DNA of 64,000 nucleotides from Candidatus Omnitrophota bacterium (GCA_029261065.1 JAJDCB010000013.1:9868-73867), one strand, 5' to 3'. Positions 19,325 through 28,107 are shown, counted from the first letter of the stretch. Program-made: numbers and translations. Notes: a model not told the origin generated them from the sequence alone.

Positions 19325-19399
19325 TAAAGCGCATTCACGGTCTAGTCTCTCAACAAACTAAATTTATTGAATTACAATTTCTAGACAACAGAAATGTTT

Positions 19400-19978
19400 T
19401 TATTTTTTAGGAGCGATAATAAAACTATCTTTATATTTTTTTTGGATTTTTGGCAGTTTTTGCTTAGCCGCTCCCTTCGTCTCAAAATCTCCAACATAAA
19501 CGCGATACCAAGTCCCTTTAGCACCTAAATCTCTTGAAGCAATATATGATGAATTCTCAATCTGCTGTAACTCATTAAGAGCTTTTTTTGCCTTTTCATG
19601 ATTTTTAAATGAAGCGACTTGAATAGAAAAAGCACCCGACTTTCTTCTCGCAGCAATAACTTCTTGCTTAACAGGCTGCTTAGCTTGAGCTCTAATAACA
19701 GGAGCTGGTGCAACAACCCTTGGTTGAATTTTCTCAACCTTTGCCACTTTTGCAACAACAGGTCTCTCGACCGTCGTTTCTTTAACAACCTTTTTTACCT
19801 CAACAACTTGATCTTTGGAATCTACAAATTCGTATTCAATATCCACGGGATACGTCTCTTCTTCTGGAAAAATTTCGCTTAATGGAACGGCATTCTCTGA
19901 ACCTTGGTAGTTAAATGCCATAAAAACAACGACTACAACCCCCATAACAAACCCCCAAAGTATCCAAGTTCTTTTCAT
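19400..19978 (-). CDS. SPOR domain-containing protein
   Basis: N-terminal TM, low-complexity linker, C-terminal IQVASF...A...WYRVYVG.F; SD GGAGG. Confidence 0.9.
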   Translation of the reverse strand: MKRTWILWGFVMGVVVVVFMAFNYQGSENAVPLSEIFPEEETYPVDIEYEFVDSKDQVVEVKKVVKETTVERPVVAKVAKVEKIQPRVVAPAPVIRAQAKQPVKQEVIAARRKSGAFSIQVASFKNHEKAKKALNELQQIENSSYIASRDLGAKGTWYRVYVGDFETKGAAKQKLPKIQKKYKDSFIIAPKK

Positions 19979-19997
19979 GACTAACCTCCTAAAGTAA

Positions 19998-20222
19998 TTA
20001 ATCTGATAATTTCTCTTTTATGTCTTCTAAAATATTTTCAATTTTTGTCACGCGAACTGATAATTGCGATAAATATTCAATGATAATGGCATGTGTATAT
20101 TGAGCATCAATACCTACTGCGGAATTTGCCTCAATGATTTTGATGATCTGTGCATACTGATCTTTTGATTGTGCTAAAGGATTATCTTTCATAATTTGTC
20201 CAATAATATCGTTGAATATCAA
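19998..20222 (-). CDS. Hypothetical helical protein
   Basis: 74-aa ORF (possibly starting at the internal MKDNP) with a C-terminal coiled-coil-like helix; co-oriented with neighbours. Confidence 0.6.
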   Translation of the reverse strand: MIFNDIIGQIMKDNPLAQSKDQYAQIIKIIEANSAVGIDAQYTHAIIIEYLSQLSVRVTKIENILEDIKEKLSD

Positions 20223-20325
20223 TCGCTTGGAAGGAACATCATCTAAGTACGCTCATATTTTAACGAAATACCAGACGTAAACAAGGTATTTTAGTTATTT
20301 TATTGACCAGACGTTAAACCACACG

Positions 20326-21573
20326 CTATAAATGATTTGGATGCCAACCAAAAATATCTCCCCCAATATCCACCAAACGTCCCACCCGGCCCATAATCGG
20401 CTCAAGCACCAAAATACCTAAATCCACATGATCCATCACCAAATACTTCTCATCAGGAGTCCAACGGATTTGGCGGATGGTTAAATCACCACCCTTATAT
20501 TGATACTGCTTAGCTGCATTTTTTGAAGGTTTACGCGCGATCTTAAAAATTCTTTTTCGAAACCATTTATTTCCAACATAATACACATGATCTTTCTCAT
20601 CGATTCCTACAAAGGGTCCTTTTTTAGTAAGATAAACGTTTTTTTCTACAATTCTCTTAAAAGCAAAATGATCGGAATCACGAAATAACTTAATACCACG
20701 CAGATCCAAAGAAACTAAAGGCAGATCAGCCGTTTCCGTAGGCAACTGCAATACTTTTTTGAATTCCAAGGTATCCAACGAAATTTGAAATACATAAACC
20801 TCATAAGCTGAAAGTTTTAAGTCACTTGTTTTCATTTCATGCCTCAAAAAATACAAACTACTTCCCTTTTCATCCCAATAGAGTGATGAAATGCGTCGTG
20901 TCGGACTTTTGATCTTGCGGGACTTTTGTGTTGGGAGATCATATAAAAACAAATCATCCTGTTGCGAGTATTCTGACCAACGGGCTAATTCATAACAAAA
21001 TTTCAGACTATCCGGTGACCATCGTAACCCACTAATAACACCGCGTCGTTTATTACTATCTTCTTGGTTTTGATCAATATCAACGCTATTAATACGCTTA
21101 ACATGTTTCGTTTCAATATCAAGAAGATGCAAATCATTCATTGATAAAATCAACAAATAACGTCCATCCGGGGAGAAATTAATTTCTTTGATGACTTGGG
21201 GTGCTGTAAATATATCTTTACGGTTTTTTCCATTTAAATAAATCGAACGCAAATGTTTGCCTTGAACATAATACACAACTGTTTTTGATCGCACCCATTT
21301 TGTGCTTCCGTACTCAATATCTTCCTCTACAACAATTGTTTTTCTCTCTAACTTATAATTGGACCAATACAAAAGACCTATCAAAAGCATTTGTCCTAAA
21401 ACAACACCAACAAGTAAGGTTCTATTGGTCAAAAGAGTCACTTGCTTTAAATAACCTACTTCCTTGATCTTAACCATAACAAAGGCTAAAGCTATGATAA
21501 AAAGAAAACCAAAATAAATATAGGAGATAAGTTCAAAATGATTGCTGAGGAATTGGAAGATGGATTGGGTCAT
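20326..21573 (-). CDS. Membrane-anchored TolB-like/WD40-like beta-propeller protein
   Basis: Two N-terminal TM helices; repeated FSPDG, WSPDS, WDEKG and WTPDE blade motifs. Confidence 0.75.
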   Translation of the reverse strand: MTQSIFQFLSNHFELISYIYFGFLFIIALAFVMVKIKEVGYLKQVTLLTNRTLLVGVVLGQMLLIGLLYWSNYKLERKTIVVEEDIEYGSTKWVRSKTVVYYVQGKHLRSIYLNGKNRKDIFTAPQVIKEINFSPDGRYLLILSMNDLHLLDIETKHVKRINSVDIDQNQEDSNKRRGVISGLRWSPDSLKFCYELARWSEYSQQDDLFLYDLPTQKSRKIKSPTRRISSLYWDEKGSSLYFLRHEMKTSDLKLSAYEVYVFQISLDTLEFKKVLQLPTETADLPLVSLDLRGIKLFRDSDHFAFKRIVEKNVYLTKKGPFVGIDEKDHVYYVGNKWFRKRIFKIARKPSKNAAKQYQYKGGDLTIRQIRWTPDEKYLVMDHVDLGILVLEPIMGRVGRLVDIGGDIFGWHPNHL

Positions 21574-21748
21574 AGAAGAAGGATTATATCATGTGTTTAG
21601 GGATGGATCAACGAGGGGATTTCAACGGAATAAAGATGTCCAGCCATCATTATTTTTAATTCTCGGCTGCCTACAAACCTTACAACTACTTTTCATCTTG
21701 ACCGTAAAAATAATTCTATTCATTAAATATTACAAATAAACCTAAAAC

Positions 21749-22288
21749 TTACCAGTCTTGAGCTTCTATATCCTTCCAGTCATACTTTCCATCTTTATCA
21801 ACGTCAAAATGCTCGCCTTTTTGTTCTTTTAAATATTCAATTTCTTCTTGGGGCGCTGAAATATTTTGCATTACTTTAATTGCGAAGTCATTACATAATA
21901 ACTCTTCCTTTACTTTACCTTCATAACTTTTATCATAAGTACTTTCTCCCGAGTTATATAATTTTGAATGGAAAGCATCATGAGCTATGCATTGAGAGCA
22001 CCACGTTAATGAATGAAAAGCGCTTTTTTCTGTTAACAAAAATATCGAAGGTTTCGATTGTACATATATATGACTTCGTATACCTTGTGTTATTCTGCCA
22101 AGATTATTGTTAATAATCGCATACTCTTCGGGTGAATTATCTTTAATCAATTTTAAGGCTTTAATAACTTGTTTAACAAACTTTCTATTGCCTTTAACAA
22201 GAATATTATCTATACATTCTTTTTTTCCAAAAAACTCAAATTTAAGGAATGTAAATAAATATTTTATTGAAAATAATTTATTTTTCAT
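21749..22288 (-). CDS. Hypothetical protein with a zincin-like HDxxH motif and a C-terminal DxDxDG motif
   Basis: CIAHDAFH...EE..C and FDVDKDGKYDWKD; 179 aa; visibly more AT-rich than its neighbours. Confidence 0.7.
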   Translation of the reverse strand: MKNKLFSIKYLFTFLKFEFFGKKECIDNILVKGNRKFVKQVIKALKLIKDNSPEEYAIINNNLGRITQGIRSHIYVQSKPSIFLLTEKSAFHSLTWCSQCIAHDAFHSKLYNSGESTYDKSYEGKVKEELLCNDFAIKVMQNISAPQEEIEYLKEQKGEHFDVDKDGKYDWKDIEAQDW

Positions 22289-22320
22289 TTAATACCCTGC
22301 CATTAAAATAAAATTCGAAT

Positions 22321-22358
22321 AAAAAACCCACTGCAAGCATAACACTCACAACGGGTTT
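22321..22358 (-). terminator. Rho-independent terminator downstream of lexA
   Basis: Minus strand AAACCCGTTGTGAGT..GCTTGCAGTGGGTTT stem (several G-U pairs) running into TTTTTT. Confidence 0.65.
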
Positions 22359-22413
22359 CAACAAATCAGCCCAAAGGGCTAGCCACTAGTTTTTATAGTC
22401 AACTGCATCGAAA

Positions 22414-23013
22414 TTAAAACCGCCGAACAACGCTAATGACTTTACCAATAATGGAAACCGAACCATCAACCTTGCGCGGTTGATAAACGGGGTTGGCGGG
22501 TTCCAAGAAATAATCTTGATTCACACGTTTAAGATATTTAACGGTGGCATCCTCCCCTATTAAAGCTACGATGATCTCACCTGTTTGAGCCATATCCTGA
22601 CGGCGCACAAGCACTAAATCATCTGGCATAATACCGGCTTCGATCATGCTATCGCCTTTGACGCGTAAGGCAAATGTGCTTTCATCGGAAAATACTAAAC
22701 TATCTAAATTAAGGTAGCCTTCAATTTCTTCAACAGCTAATGTGGGAAGTCCCGCTCTTACCTGGCCGACAATAGGGATAGAAAACAAAGCTTCTTTGAC
22801 AAGCTCGATTGCACGTGACTTATTGGCTGAAACCTTAATGTAACCCTTTTTAACTAAAGCGGTTAGATAATCTCGAACGGTACCTGTTGATTTAAATCCG
22901 AAATGAGAGGCAATTTCTCTAATGGTGGGAGGTAAATTATTACCTCGGATGGAATCGTAAATAAAACGAAGAACTTCTTTTTGTTTCTGTGTTAAATCTT
23001 TCTTAATTGGCAT
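22414..23013 (-). CDS. lexA: SOS transcriptional repressor LexA
   Basis: LT.KQ...PPTIREI wHTH, SRAI, the AG cleavage site (VRAGLP), catalytic Ser (GDSM) and Lys (ATVK). Confidence 0.97.
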   Translation of the reverse strand: MPIKKDLTQKQKEVLRFIYDSIRGNNLPPTIREIASHFGFKSTGTVRDYLTALVKKGYIKVSANKSRAIELVKEALFSIPIVGQVRAGLPTLAVEEIEGYLNLDSLVFSDESTFALRVKGDSMIEAGIMPDDLVLVRRQDMAQTGEIIVALIGEDATVKYLKRVNQDYFLEPANPVYQPRKVDGSVSIIGKVISVVRRF

Positions 23014-23018
23014 AATCT

Positions 23019-23048
23019 TTTATACCACACATATGATTGGAATGTCAA
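23019..23048 (-). promoter_or_regulatory. Predicted lexA promoter with a palindromic candidate operator in the spacer
   Basis: Minus strand TTGACA-18 bp-TATAAA with an extended TGn; the ATG is 5 nt after the -10; the spacer holds CCA-nn-CATATG-nn-TGG (23025-23040). Confidence 0.65.
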
Positions 23049-23065
23049 ATATTTTTATAATTTTT

Positions 23066-24262
23066 TTAAAAATCAGAATCTGGCCAGGGGTTATCATTGC
23101 GGAGATAATGACCATTTTCGAGGACTTTAAAAAAATAGGTCAATAAAGGATGGGTAATAGCCTCTGTTGAAAGGTCTTCCTCTAAATTGCTCTGCGCCAC
23201 ATAAGTGACTTGATCTGAACCATCGACCAAGACATGATACCAGGGCTGCTCGCGCTCAGGCTGTGTATGGTTACCATAATACCAATCATCCGTTGCTTGA
23301 CAATTCGTATTGGTATCCACAATGATACCTCGATAGCCATATTGTTTATGGACCACCACTTCTCCTAAGGCAAAATTGGTACTATTCCCTGCTATAATAT
23401 CATCTGGCGAAATTTGAGAAAATTTACGTTTCATCAGCCTTTCATCTAATCGATTAAATAAATCAATCATTAACTCACAGTTATTTTTTTCATCTCTCAT
23501 CTGATAAGTGCGAATCAAATTTGCTAAAAATCGACGCACAATTGTTTCGGCATCTGTTGTTCGTCCCAAAACTTCTCTGATCAACTCTTTATCATTTTCT
23601 TTGATACTCAAGATATCTTCTTTATCTATAACCTGACCAGAATTAAAACAATCTACAAAAACAGTTCGCCCAGCAGTCTTGACTCTAGCTAAAAAGTGTC
23701 CGGGAAAATGACAACCCTCCACACGGATTCCTAGACGCATACCAACAAGCATATAAACACATGCCAAGCTTATCGGTATCCCCTTTTTCTCGGTAATGAC
23801 ATAAATGAGGTTACTATTTTGAGGATTATAATAGTCATCCTGATTACCTTTAAACTTTTTCATCTTAAATAAAAATTTTGCCAGACTTAAAGGCCCATAA
23901 TCCTTCATACTCCGTTGATAATCATACGCCAATTTATCCAGCAACATTGTCAAATCAGCTTCACGCTCAATGGGTGTTAGAAATTCAGAAAGCATTTTTA
24001 ATGCTGTTTCTAGCTTTTCGCTTTCTTTGTTGACGGTAAACCATCGCGGCCAATGATGGGCCAACAATATGCGTTTCTGTCCTTCAAAAACAAGATTAAT
24101 GAGTCGCGTTTGTTCGGAGTTAAGTGAAAAAGGGATGTGTTTTAATTCTTGGCGCAGGGTGGGACCAAAAGCGCATAGCTGTTTTATTACTTCATCACGA
24201 ATATCAGATGAATCATCGTCTAATAGTTTAAGTAAATGAGGAATTTGTTTTGGACTTATCAT
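23066..24262 (-). CDS. SirB1/transglutaminase-like core fused to a YccV/HspQ hemimethylated-DNA-binding-like domain
   Basis: N-part: LL.LLDD, F.GN.DDYY.P.NS, KKGIPISL, FPGHFL, DCFN.G, RFLANL. C-part: F.LGEVV.H..YGYRGIIVD, QPWYHVLVD, TYVAQSNL, I.HPLL..FF. Confidence 0.9.
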   Translation of the reverse strand: MISPKQIPHLLKLLDDDSSDIRDEVIKQLCAFGPTLRQELKHIPFSLNSEQTRLINLVFEGQKRILLAHHWPRWFTVNKESEKLETALKMLSEFLTPIEREADLTMLLDKLAYDYQRSMKDYGPLSLAKFLFKMKKFKGNQDDYYNPQNSNLIYVITEKKGIPISLACVYMLVGMRLGIRVEGCHFPGHFLARVKTAGRTVFVDCFNSGQVIDKEDILSIKENDKELIREVLGRTTDAETIVRRFLANLIRTYQMRDEKNNCELMIDLFNRLDERLMKRKFSQISPDDIIAGNSTNFALGEVVVHKQYGYRGIIVDTNTNCQATDDWYYGNHTQPEREQPWYHVLVDGSDQVTYVAQSNLEEDLSTEAITHPLLTYFFKVLENGHYLRNDNPWPDSDF

Positions 24263-24309
24263 AGAGATAATAGTTTGTAGACGATCATTAACATTTATCT
24301 TCTATAAAT

Positions 24310-24338
24310 GTTATATTACGAATATCACGCAATTGCAA
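24310..24338 (-). promoter_or_regulatory. Predicted sigma70 promoter for the transglutaminase-HspQ gene
   Basis: Minus strand TTGCAA-17 bp-TATAAC. Confidence 0.6.
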
Positions 24339-24376
24339 GACATAGAAAAGTTTTTTTATAAAGCCGACTTCATTTA

Positions 24377-25270
24377 TTAACGGCCACCCTGTTGCGTAAC
24401 ACGAAACCCTTGCTTTCTTAATAAGCCCACAATACTTCTGTCTCCAACTAAATGACCCGCGCCTACCACAACAAAATAAACATTATTTGTTTTTAAATAT
24501 TTCAATATCTTATCTGTCATATCTCTGTTTCTTTCAAAAAAAACTTTTTCATAAAAAAGAGCCTGCTGCGGATTATCCTCCAACATGTCTTCAATCATTA
24601 TATTATTTATTATCTTTGTATCCCCTTTTTTCCACGCCTCTATCATTGGCTCCATCTGTTCTTCTAACTCATGAAACGAATCTAATGAGGCGTTTAAAAA
24701 AAGATCTTGATCCGGCATATCATCAAAAATTTTTAATTGTTGTGTGACGCCCTCTAACTCCAATATTTCTTTATTGTCTCGCGCTTTCTTAATAAAATAA
24801 TAATCCACCCCTAATGTTTCATCATAACCCAGCTCCCTAATCTGCAAAGCACTTAACGTCATCATTAAAAACCAAGGTTTAAAATTACTCACTTGAGCTA
24901 AGGGAAGATTATATTTTTTAAGATATTTAGTTAACTTAATTAATGTGTCATTGGAAATATGATCAAGAAGTTGCTTCTCTCCTTTATAGATACCTAACGC
25001 CATAACCTCTTGCAACATCGCAATAGGATCTAGTTTTTCAATATCTGCTTCAACCACTAAATGAGAAGATTCGTCAAAAGCATCTTCAATAACATCAGCT
25101 AAAGGATACATATCTTCACGCCCCACATGAACTGAACCCAAAAGATAAACCGTCGCACTTCTCGATTCGGTCTTCCATAAAAAAGATTTATTTCCCTGAG
25201 CCTGTGCAGCAGGAAGATGCCATGGGATAAGTATTAAAAATGTTGTTAGAACAAAGGCAACAACTCTCAT
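24377..25270 (-). CDS. TraB/GumN (Tiki-like) family protein, secreted
   Basis: Signal peptide; LWK, YLLGSVH, E, KPW, GVD, LE..QQ, RN..M and FVVVGAGHL.G. Confidence 0.93.
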   Translation of the reverse strand: MRVVAFVLTTFLILIPWHLPAAQAQGNKSFLWKTESRSATVYLLGSVHVGREDMYPLADVIEDAFDESSHLVVEADIEKLDPIAMLQEVMALGIYKGEKQLLDHISNDTLIKLTKYLKKYNLPLAQVSNFKPWFLMMTLSALQIRELGYDETLGVDYYFIKKARDNKEILELEGVTQQLKIFDDMPDQDLFLNASLDSFHELEEQMEPMIEAWKKGDTKIINNIMIEDMLEDNPQQALFYEKVFFERNRDMTDKILKYLKTNNVYFVVVGAGHLVGDRSIVGLLRKQGFRVTQQGGR

Positions 25271-26292
25271 TAAATTTCTCTTTTCTGTCTAAGGATGGAC
25301 ATATCCACAATTTTTTTAATTAAACGATTATATTTAATCCCTACTTTTTCAGCGGACTGAGCGACCTCATCAATTTTGGCTATACAAGGATTGGCATTCG
25401 GTTCAATAATATAAACCTTATTATCTGGTGTAAGCCTGATATCAAAACGAATATAACTTTGAATATCCAAAGCCCGATAGGCTCTTTTGCACACATCAGC
25501 AATATCTTCATCAACCCCGTCCGCAAGCTTACTGGCATAAACACTCTTAATGCCCCATTTATCCCGGTAGTTATCATCCCATTTGGCTTTATACGTAGCA
25601 ATACGCGAGTCCTCAGGAAGTTCTCCAAACTTCATCTCGCGTGTTGGCAAAACCGTTAATTTTTTTGAACCCAAAACAGAAACATAGAGCTCTCGACCTT
25701 CAATAAACTCCTCAGTAATCGCATCGTTATTCATATTTTCATGAATAAATTTCACACGTTCCAAAAAAGCATCCTCATTATCAACAATAGATGCTTGTGA
25801 AATGCCACGAGAGGCCTCTTCACATAACGGTTTGATAATAACAGGAAGTCTAAGTTTCTTATGAAGCCACACCTTATGTTTGCGTTTAAAAATGTAGAAC
25901 CGAGGGATTTTAATGCGATGAAAACTTAACAACTTCTTCGTTAAGCCCTTATTGTTACAGATAAAAATATTATCAGAGGAAGCTCCGGTGTAAGGAATAC
26001 TTAACATCTCAAGAAGGGCTGCTATATTTTTTTCGTAATATGATTTCTCGTTAAAAACTTCAACCAAATTAAAAATGACATCTGGTCTATTCTCTTCTAC
26101 CTCCTTTAAAAGGGGTTCGATCGAATTTGTTAGTCCTAATAAGCTTACCTCATATCCATTGGCCAAAAGGGCTTTATGTACATCGTTTTCTGTGTACATA
26201 TCGTCAGGATCGGCAAACTCCTCTTTATAATCATAACCACGAGGGTGATTATTGGGTGAGTTAAATAACATTAACACTTTTTTCTTTTTCAT
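25270..26292 (-). CDS. D-Ala-D-Ala ligase-like ATP-grasp protein (non-canonical)
   Basis: VIFNL.E, LE..IPYTGA, NK..TK, P.IIKP..E.AS.GI, EEFI.GRE, KW, RFDIRL and E.NANP; lacks the Ddl N-terminal GG.S.E motif. Confidence 0.9.
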   Translation of the reverse strand: MKKKKVLMLFNSPNNHPRGYDYKEEFADPDDMYTENDVHKALLANGYEVSLLGLTNSIEPLLKEVEENRPDVIFNLVEVFNEKSYYEKNIAALLEMLSIPYTGASSDNIFICNNKGLTKKLLSFHRIKIPRFYIFKRKHKVWLHKKLRLPVIIKPLCEEASRGISQASIVDNEDAFLERVKFIHENMNNDAITEEFIEGRELYVSVLGSKKLTVLPTREMKFGELPEDSRIATYKAKWDDNYRDKWGIKSVYASKLADGVDEDIADVCKRAYRALDIQSYIRFDIRLTPDNKVYIIEPNANPCIAKIDEVAQSAEKVGIKYNRLIKKIVDMSILRQKREI

Positions 26293-27332
26293 TTTTTCTT
26301 TCTCTTGGATAACTGACCTCTAAACTGACCAGTATAAAGATAATTCATAATTAAAGTGGAACAATAGACTGATAAATTTAATACAACGACAGATTCATCC
26401 CCCAACGATACTAATTTTAACTCCCGGCACCTTTTATTGATATCTTTTAATAATAAATTAATCACGTATTTCTTCTCACCACAATAACGCCCCACACTCT
26501 TAATAATTTCGCGACGATATTTACGGATAATCTGACTTGCTAATGTGTATTGTTTATTTTCTTTCGTTTGCAAAACAAAATGCTTTTTTAAAAACGTATC
26601 ATGAAAATCCGGGAAATCTTCAGCCCACAGATTGCGTTTATTTTTATAATAATGATTGAGTGTATAGCGCAGTGTTTTAAAACGCCAAAATTTCTCACTG
26701 CTTTTGACAATGGGCGCGACACCTTTAATCCCTTGCATCAGCTCATCAACATAATTTAATTTGGCTAAGGCCTTCCATCCTTGATATTTTTCTTTCCAAT
26801 CTAATCCAGGCGTCAACCATACTGCAAAAGTTTCAACAAAATCCTCCTCGGGATGATATTGTGCATAAAAACCATCAAGATGACGCACATAATTTTTACT
26901 ATAAGGACGATATTTGTAATTTTCACCATATTCCGCTGTAGAAGGACCGAAGATCTTTTGCCATTTCTTTTGCCGATGTAAACGGTAAGCATAACTTATC
27001 GCATGCCCCGCTTCGTGTCTAAGCAACTTCATACACCAAACCTTGCCATCGCCTTCGGCATCAATCATAAATTTTTTTTCTAAACGAATAAGGGTGGGAT
27101 GGATGAGATAAAAAGGGATACCAATGCAGGTTTCATATTGTGGAGTTAACCATTCATCAGCCAAATAACATTCTGGCCGAAAATTAAGCCCCTTTTCTTC
27201 CAACTCTTGATAAAGCTGTTGAACACACTCTTCAACCCATGTGCTTTTTATCTCTATAGGTAGGTCACTAATCCGAACCTTGAGAAGCTCTTCATCGGTG
27301 ATCGTTTCTAAACATATATTTTTTGAAGACAT
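26289..27332 (-). CDS. Putative zinc-binding metallopeptidase (Peptidase_Mx-like)
   Basis: LADEW, IPFYL.HP, LRHEAGHA (HExxH), YAQ.HP.EDF.ETFAVW and W...Y.GW.AL.KL.YVD. Start moved to MSSK because the ORF-track N-terminus lies inside a repeat. Confidence 0.88.
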   Translation of the reverse strand: MSSKNICLETITDEELLKVRISDLPIEIKSTWVEECVQQLYQELEEKGLNFRPECYLADEWLTPQYETCIGIPFYLIHPTLIRLEKKFMIDAEGDGKVWCMKLLRHEAGHAISYAYRLHRQKKWQKIFGPSTAEYGENYKYRPYSKNYVRHLDGFYAQYHPEEDFVETFAVWLTPGLDWKEKYQGWKALAKLNYVDELMQGIKGVAPIVKSSEKFWRFKTLRYTLNHYYKNKRNLWAEDFPDFHDTFLKKHFVLQTKENKQYTLASQIIRKYRREIIKSVGRYCGEKKYVINLLLKDINKRCRELKLVSLGDESVVVLNLSVYCSTLIMNYLYTGQFRGQLSKRKKK

Positions 27333-27350
27333 GAGTTGTAAAATAAATAA

Positions 27351-27424
27351 TGTCATCCCCGCGAAAGCGGGGACCAAGTCATAATAATAATTGCTTCGAG
27401 ATTCCCGCCTCCGCGAGAATGACA
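27351..27424. repeat. Inverted pair of REP/dRS3-like hairpin units
   Basis: TGTCATCCCCGCGAAAGCGGGGACCA (27351-27376) and AGATTCCCGCCTCCGCGAGAATGACA (27399-27424). Confidence 0.85.
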
Positions 27425-27456
27425 GATCTTAAAATAAAACGGCCTGTCACTATTTA

Positions 27457-28107
27457 CTACGGCAATTGCGTCTCAAGCTTATCCATTAAATTTTTAGTCT
27501 CAACAAGTAATTCACCAGGAAGAAGTTTAAGGGCATCCATTTCATTTTTAAAGGACTTTAAGGATCCAACAAGCCGTCGGATCGCGGCCTCATTTCGTTT
27601 ATCACGTTCTTCCTCTGGATCCACCTGTTTTCTTTCCTTCATAATTGCTGTTAAATCTTTACGAACAGCACTGGCAGTTTTGCCTTTTTCAAAAACTGAT
27701 TTTCTTAAATCACTATAATCATCTTTATTTATTTCTTTTTTTTGTTTGGCTAAACGTAAAACATTAACCTCTTCGTAACCTGGGACCTTACTTGCTTCAC
27801 GTGTTGTAAAAAACTCTTCACTTAAATACATCGGTTCATCTTGTTCTAAGAATAAATATGCTTTAAGTAACTTCATAGACGTCTGTTTATTTAAACCCAC
27901 TTCCTTTTCCGTGTAATCCTCAAACTTCTCAAAGCCCCAAGCGTGATACATTTTGTCTTGCCAAACCGCGTATAAGGCTTGGCCTAACTTGACCCAAGAC
28001 TTTTTAAAGCCTTTTGAATGATCTAAAATTTGCTCCCTTAAATCATCACGTAACATCGAAGATTCTACTTTTCTTTGTGGCTTTACATCCATTTCAATGG
28101 TGTTCAT
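27457..28107 (-). CDS. Hypothetical protein with a DUF3102-like helical/HTH N-terminal domain
   Basis: W.KLG.AL..V....Y..WGF..FE.Y...E.GL...T..KL..AY pattern; helical C-terminus; SD AAGGGAAG. Confidence 0.75.
   Translation of the reverse strand: MNTIEMDVKPQRKVESSMLRDDLREQILDHSKGFKKSWVKLGQALYAVWQDKMYHAWGFEKFEDYTEKEVGLNKQTSMKLLKAYLFLEQDEPMYLSEEFFTTREASKVPGYEEVNVLRLAKQKKEINKDDYSDLRKSVFEKGKTASAVRKDLTAIMKERKQVDPEEERDKRNEAAIRRLVGSLKSFKNEMDALKLLPGELLVETKNLMDKLETQLP

Noticed and set aside
27333-27718. 122-aa plus-strand ORF and the MVPAFAGMT N-terminal extension of the peptidase
   Set aside because: Both starts come from the REP-like hairpin (the translations SSPRKRG and PAFAGMT are typical repeat read-through); the rest is antisense to a real gene.
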